Positions 59,074 through 64,000 of a DNA stretch of 64,000 bases are shown piece after piece. The notes under the pieces are model-generated. The model searched no databases. It had not been told where the DNA came from and saw only the letters and a list, made by a program, of their open reading frames with translations. The translations under genes and the position numbers were made by a program. The first letter of the stretch is position 1. Each line of letters opens with the position of its first letter. The stretch is from an uncultured candidate division Zixibacteria bacterium (lineage in GTDB: Bacteria; Zixibacteria; MSB-5A5; RBG-16-43-9), in NCBI GenBank assembly GCA_963713865.1, contig OY970208.1, positions 1,760,001 to 1,824,000 on the forward strand. The letters are read 5' to 3'.

Positions 59074-59090
59074 TTAAGGATGTTCTTGTT

Positions 59091-59214
59091 GAACTATTTG
59101 AAAATGCGGAAGAGAATTGTCGGGAAGGGGTGTCCGACCTACGGGAAATCAACCCATTTTTGCACCCGTAAGCAGGACTCCCAGTCCTGCAAAGCGAGTT
59201 TTTCAAAAGACCTC
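59091..59214. mobile_element. MITE-like remnant with imperfect terminal inverted repeats enclosing REP hairpins
   Basis: TTTGAAAA...TTTTCAAA ends; internal GTCGG...CCGACCTAC and GCAGGACT-CCC-AGTCCTGC. Confidence 0.45.
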
Positions 59215-59235
59215 TCTGGTATTTGAGGAGATAAG

Positions 59236-59661
59236 ATGCAATACAAAAAGTTTGGGAATGACTATGTGATCAGGCTGGAAACAGGGGAGGAGATAATAGA
59301 TTCCCTAAAAAAGTTTGTAGAGAAGGAAAAGATCGAAGGTGGGTTTTTCTATGGGTTAGGTGCGGTGAAGGATGTGACCCTGGGTTATTTTAACCTGGAG
59401 AAGAAAGAATATAAAGAAAAATCTTTCAAAGAAGATTTTGAATTAACCAGCCTGGTTGGAGACGTAGCGTTTTCAAATGGGAAGATAATTGTTCATGCTC
59501 ATGTTACCTTGGCAGATGAGGATTTTAAAACCTTTTCAGGACATTTAGGAAAAGCTATTGTTACAGCAACCGTGGAATTAGTTTTTAATCTTATTAAAGG
59601 AAAACTATTGAAAAAACCTGATCCGAAATCCGGCTTAAACTTTTTGGATTTGAAGGGATAA
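59236..59661 (+). CDS. PPC/DUF296 domain protein
   Basis: IRLETGEE, GLGAV, ELTSLVG, HAHVT, GHL. Confidence 0.9.
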   Translation: MQYKKFGNDYVIRLETGEEIIDSLKKFVEKEKIEGGFFYGLGAVKDVTLGYFNLEKKEYKEKSFKEDFELTSLVGDVAFSNGKIIVHAHVTLADEDFKTFSGHLGKAIVTATVELVFNLIKGKLLKKPDPKSGLNFLDLKG

Positions 59662-59666
59662 AGTAG

Positions 59667-60457
59667 ATGCAGCCAAACTGGATAATCACTCTGACCACAG
59701 ATTTCGGTAATACCAGCAGTTATGCAGGAGCAGTTAAAGGTGTTCTTCTCAAGATCAATCCCCGGATAAAAATTGTAGATATAACTCATGAGGTCTCATG
59801 TTTTAACATTTTGGAAGGGGCTTTAGTTTTAAGCTCTTATTATCAATATTTTCCAAAAGGTACGATTCATTTAGTAGTTGTTGATCCAGGTGTCGGAGGA
59901 AAGCGAAAAGGGATTTTGATCCAGACGGATAATCATTATTTCATTGGTCCGGACAACGGGTTATTCAGTTTTATCTTTGAAAAAGAAAAAATAAGGGGAA
60001 TCTCGATTTGACCAATTCAAAATATTTCTTAAATAAACCCTCCACCACTTTTCAGGCCAGGGATGTTTTTGCACCGGTTTCAGCCTATCTATCCCTGGGA
60101 GTTGACCCGAAAGAGTTTGGCGCTATAACTAAGGAATGCTATAAATTCAAATTGTCCCAGCCTGTTTATAAGAATGATTATATTACAGGAGAAATAATAT
60201 ATATTGATAGATTTGGAAATCTGGTCTCTAATATAGATTCTAATCTGACAAAAGAAGAAAAAAAGTTTCAGCTTAAAATCGGAAATAAAAAATTGGGTCA
60301 TCTCCGAACTTATTATGCAGAGGTAAAAGAAGGTGAAATTATTGCCCTTATAGGAAGTAACAATTTATTAGAAATAGCGGTCAATCAGGGTAATGCTCAA
60401 AAAATATTAAAAGCTAAAATAGGAGACAAAATCACAATTGAAAAAATTAAGAAGTAA
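59667..60457 (+). pseudogene. SAM hydroxide adenosyltransferase/halogenase (DUF62) family gene split by a -1 frameshift
   Basis: TLTTDFG and VVVDPGVG in 59667-60011; TFQARDVFAP, IDRFGN and LEIAVN in 60008-60457. Confidence 0.8.
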
Positions 60458-60995
60458 AACCGGTATAAGATTAAAGAACAAAAAGGGCACAACTAAAGCT
60501 GGATTAAAATACAGAGAAAGACCCTCCTGGGATCAATATTTTATGAATATAGCTCGTTTGGCTTCCACCCGTTCTACCTGTCTCAGGCGTCAGGTGGGCG
60601 CAGTAATTGTCAAAGACAAGAAAATCTTAGCTACGGGGTATAATGGAGCTCCAAGCGGGCTTAAACACTGTCTGGATATCGGGTGTTTGAGAGAAAAATT
60701 GGGTATTCCATCTGGTGAAAGGCATGAGCTTTGCAGGGCTACTCATGCGGAACAGAATGCTATTGTCCAGGCCGCAACTTTCGGGATCAGCATAAAAGAC
60801 GGCATAATTTATTCAACCGCCCATCCCTGCATTTTATGCTCAAAACTTCTTATTAATGCCGGGATAAAAAGAATAATAATAGAAGATAGCTATCCGGACG
60901 AGATGTCCTGGAAGATGTTGAGAGAAGCTGGAGTCAAAACTGAAATTTTAAAAAGTGGAAAAAAGAATGTAAATAAGAGAGGTAGAAAAAGATGA
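60438..60995 (+). CDS. dCMP deaminase family protein (start uncertain)
   Basis: [25 protein letters not shown]. Confidence 0.92.
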   Translation: MKKLRSKTGIRLKNKKGTTKAGLKYRERPSWDQYFMNIARLASTRSTCLRRQVGAVIVKDKKILATGYNGAPSGLKHCLDIGCLREKLGIPSGERHELCRATHAEQNAIVQAATFGISIKDGIIYSTAHPCILCSKLLINAGIKRIIIEDSYPDEMSWKMLREAGVKTEILKSGKKNVNKRGRKR

Positions 60996-61444
60996 AATGC
61001 CCTTTTTGTGGAAACGAGGAAGATAAAGTGATAGATTCTCGCACCTCTCAGGAGGGAAGATCGGTGAGAAGAAGAAGGGAGTGCGAGAAGTGCGGGAAAA
61101 GGTTCACTACTTACGAATACGTGGAGAACGTTTCTTTGACTGTGGTTAAAAACGATGGCAGAAGGGAAGATTTCGACCGGCAGAAACTGCAAAGAGGGAT
61201 AGAGCTTGCCTGCAATAAAAGGCCCATCAGCTTGAAAAAGATCGCATCGCTGGTAGATGAGATAGAAGAGGAGTTGCAGGGACTGTCCAAAAAGGAAGTT
61301 ACCTCAAAAGAAATAGGGGAACTGGTAATGAAAAAGCTTAAGGATTTAGATGAGGTCGCTTATGTCCGCTTTGCCTCGGTCTATCACAAGTTCAAGGATA
61401 TAAATGAGTTCTTAGCTGAGCTTCAGGGTTTGCTGGGGTCTTGA
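60992..61444 (+). CDS. nrdR: Transcriptional repressor NrdR
   Basis: [23 protein letters not shown]-cone, [10 protein letters not shown]. Confidence 0.97.
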   Translation: MKCPFCGNEEDKVIDSRTSQEGRSVRRRRECEKCGKRFTTYEYVENVSLTVVKNDGRREDFDRQKLQRGIELACNKRPISLKKIASLVDEIEEELQGLSKKEVTSKEIGELVMKKLKDLDEVAYVRFASVYHKFKDINEFLAELQGLLGS

Positions 61445-61709
61445 AAAATTCTTTTTACAAATCCATGCCCATCCCCAAAACAAGGTAAGATATATTACTG
61501 GTTGTTGGTCTCCTGATCAACGAAGTGCTTAATCTTAGTTTGTCAAACAATCCTTCGGGGTTGGTTATTTACGCATTTACCCGGCATATTTTTTGTAAAT
61601 CTAAAGTTTACTCTCCAATTATCAATTGACAAAATATCAAAATAGATGTTATTTAAGCCTGGTTATGTTATCATCAGGTAGTTTTTCTTTATAAGAAGGT
61701 AAACATATA

Positions 61710-62441
61710 ATGCCCAAGGAAAAAGAGATGACATTTTTAGACCACTTAGAGGAGTTCAGGTCAAGATTGATCAAATGCCTTGTTGCGGTGCTTATATTTT
61801 CTATTGCTGCTTTCTTCTTCTCTGACAAGCTTATAGATTTCATTGCCAAACCCTTACCCGGGGTTTATTTTATGGGACCGGCTGAGGCGGTATATGTTCG
61901 GATGAAAATAGCAATGATTTTGGGAGCTATCGTAAGCTCACCGGTGATACTCTACCAGCTCTGGCAGTTTGTGGTGCCTGGACTCTTAGAGAAAGAAGTA
62001 AAGGTCGTAGTCCCTTTAGTGATTTTATCCACGCTCTCTTTTTTGATCGGATCTTCTTTCGCCTTTTTTGTGGTTCTGCCTTATATGGTTAAATTCCTAT
62101 TGTCATTCGGCACGGACAAGCTTCATCCCTGGATAAAGATCGATGATTATTTGAGTTTCATTGGCTATACTACTCTAATTTTCGGAGCGGTTTTTGAACT
62201 GCCTATAGTTTCTTATTTCTTAGGTAAGATTGGAATTATCTCCTCAAAAACTTTAAGAAAGGGAAGAAGGTATGCAATAGTAGCAATCCTGATAGTAGCG
62301 GCTTTCGTTACTCCTACTCCGGATGTTTTCAATATGATGCTTTTAGCGGTACCTCTTTATGTTTTATTTGAGGTCAGCATTTTGGTTCTGATACTCCTGG
62401 AGAGAAGTAAACGGAAGAATGCTAAAGAAGAGGTTGAATGA
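61710..62441 (+). CDS. tatC: Twin-arginine translocase subunit TatC
   Basis: MTFLDHLEEFRSRL, YQLWQFVVPGL, FELP, TPTPD. Confidence 0.96.
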   Translation: MPKEKEMTFLDHLEEFRSRLIKCLVAVLIFSIAAFFFSDKLIDFIAKPLPGVYFMGPAEAVYVRMKIAMILGAIVSSPVILYQLWQFVVPGLLEKEVKVVVPLVILSTLSFLIGSSFAFFVVLPYMVKFLLSFGTDKLHPWIKIDDYLSFIGYTTLIFGAVFELPIVSYFLGKIGIISSKTLRKGRRYAIVAILIVAAFVTPTPDVFNMMLLAVPLYVLFEVSILVLILLERSKRKNAKEEVE

Positions 62442-64000
62442 AAAAGCCCTGGATAATGATATTGGTCATTTTAATATTTTTGAGTTCATTTTCTTTCGCT
62501 CAAGAAATTAATTCAAACTCAGATTCTCTTAAAACTGTTGCCTTAGATGAAGCCTTGAAATGTATCAAGCTAAAAAAAGATGATTTGACTTTCCGGAATG
62601 ATTACCTGGATATAGATGAGTTCAGACTGCAGAATATAGACCAGTTGATGAAAAATCCCTTAGAGATTTCCTCTTTTTCAGAAAAATTGGGTTCAAGTTT
62701 AGAAAAGGGGAAAGATTCACCCACTGCTCTTTTAAAAAACGGGTTTAAATGTATAATATCAAAATCCAAAAAAGTAAATAATTTTGAGATAAATGAACTC
62801 CAGGCTGAATTTAAAATAACTCCAGAAGATGAACTTTTTCTAAACAAAAATCTAAAAAAGATAGACAAACTGCCTGAGGAGTTAAAAAAGGCTATAAGGT
62901 ATCTCTTCCTGGGACTCTCCCGGGCCGATAAAGGGTGGGAAGACGCCCTGGCTGAACTTTCATCTGAGGAGATCGATTCTCTGAAGAAGTACTTCCCTAT
63001 TCTGATCCTGGAGGATGTGATGGATGAATTCAAAAGCGTTGAGGAGATGGATAAAGAACAAAAATATGAGGAAAAATTGGCTAAAGATTTGATTCCTCTG
63101 GCAGAAAAATTTAAACTCGAAAAAGCTTATCCTAAAAATATTGAACTGTGTAAGATGGTGGAGAAAGCGATTTCTATTTTAAATGAATACCTATCCACAT
63201 CCCCGAAAATAAAATCAAATGAGAATGATATGATAACTACAACGAAAACAGAATATGGCGAAATCGTAGTGGGAGGATTTGGCTCTTCAATTTATAAGGG
63301 GAATCCGAGGATAATAATTGATTTGGGCGGTGATGACCAGTATATTCTATCTTCCTCAAAGAAATCTTCGGTTATCTTAGATTTTGGAGGAAACGATACC
63401 TACCAAAGCGTAGACGATTATACTTCAGGTTCCGGTTTTTGGGGAACAGGTATTCTGATTGATAAATCCGGGGATGACAACTATATGTGCAGGAGTTTCT
63501 CTCTGGGAGCAGGGCTTTTTGGAGTAGGAATTCTTATCGATGAGGAGGGTAACGATAAGTATTTCGGGGACATTTTTACTCAAGGTGCCGGGAGTTTTGG
63601 TATCGGTATTTTATCAGATATACAGGGAGCGGATCAATATAATGGAGCTTTATATGCCCAGGGATTTGGTTTTGTTTCTGGTTTTGGAGCGCTATTTGAT
63701 TCAACCGGTAACGATTCCTATTTTGCTGGAGGAAAATATAAAGATATCCTTAGATACAAAGATCATTATCTGAGTTTATCCCAGGGATTTGCTTATGGCT
63801 TAAGACCGATTATGTCTGGCGGTTTTGGATTCCTTTGTGATTTTTCAGGGAATGATATTTATATCTCAGATATTTTCGGACAGGGGTCAAGCTACTGGTG
63901 GGGACTGGGAAGTCTCTTAGATTTTTCAGGAAATGATAAATATATTTCATATCAGTATGCTCAGGGAGCAGCCACCCATTTGACTTTAGGATTACTTTTA
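62438..64000 (+). CDS. Secreted protein with Gly-rich DxxG(N/D)DxY repeats (3'-truncated; not in ORF track)
   Basis: ATG overlaps the tatC stop; MKKPWIMILVILIFLSSFSFA signal; frame open to the window end with DLGGDDQY, DFGGNDTY, DEEGNDKY, DFSGNDIY repeats. Confidence 0.85.
   Translation, partial: MKKPWIMILVILIFLSSFSFAQEINSNSDSLKTVALDEALKCIKLKKDDLTFRNDYLDIDEFRLQNIDQLMKNPLEISSFSEKLGSSLEKGKDSPTALLKNGFKCIISKSKKVNNFEINELQAEFKITPEDELFLNKNLKKIDKLPEELKKAIRYLFLGLSRADKGWEDALAELSSEEIDSLKKYFPILILEDVMDEFKSVEEMDKEQKYEEKLAKDLIPLAEKFKLEKAYPKNIELCKMVEKAISILNEYLSTSPKIKSNENDMITTTKTEYGEIVVGGFGSSIYKGNPRIIIDLGGDDQYILSSSKKSSVILDFGGNDTYQSVDDYTSGSGFWGTGILIDKSGDDNYMCRSFSLGAGLFGVGILIDEEGNDKYFGDIFTQGAGSFGIGILSDIQGADQYNGALYAQGFGFVSGFGALFDSTGNDSYFAGGKYKDILRYKDHYLSLSQGFAYGLRPIMSGGFGFLCDFSGNDIYISDIFGQGSSYWWGLGSLLDFSGNDKYISYQYAQGAATHLTLGLLL

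Noticed and set aside
62602-63773. ORF-track entries 62602-63033 (-) and 63540-63773 (+)
   Set aside because: Both lie within the long open frame starting at 62438, which explains the region better.

Overview
AT-rich bacterial chromosome segment. It is inferred to be Zixibacteria-like (FCB group) from the dockerin tails of the 'DVVYLINYLFKGGPxP' type and the 'NYPNPFNP' FlgD-like C-termini. Core genes are dxr-rseP, an 11-heme cytochrome c/cytochrome b fusion with a Rex/CRP-like operator, lepB, a ccmABCDEF operon (CxxxY-type CcmE), tRNA-Arg(UCG), tRNA-Glu(UUC), archease-rtcB, cutA, a dCMP deaminase, nrdR and tatC. The most unusual region is about 13 kb downstream of tRNA-Glu. There, unrelated co-oriented genes are separated, usually right at the stop codon, by copies of one GTAG-ended REPIN-like repeat. 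The same region holds one attC-like site and a degenerate duplicate of the tRNA-Glu 3' end, but the window contains no integrase or transposase. Other notable items are five secreted dockerin/cohesin proteins (one of 1936 aa with 258-bp tandem repeats), a PDZ-kinase/NtrC/sigma54 module, a pair of structured repeats that may be ncRNAs, a small Lys-rich desulforedoxin-like ORF missing from the ORF track, a pseudo-kinase and two frameshifted genes. All calls come from reading motifs by eye; no searches were run.
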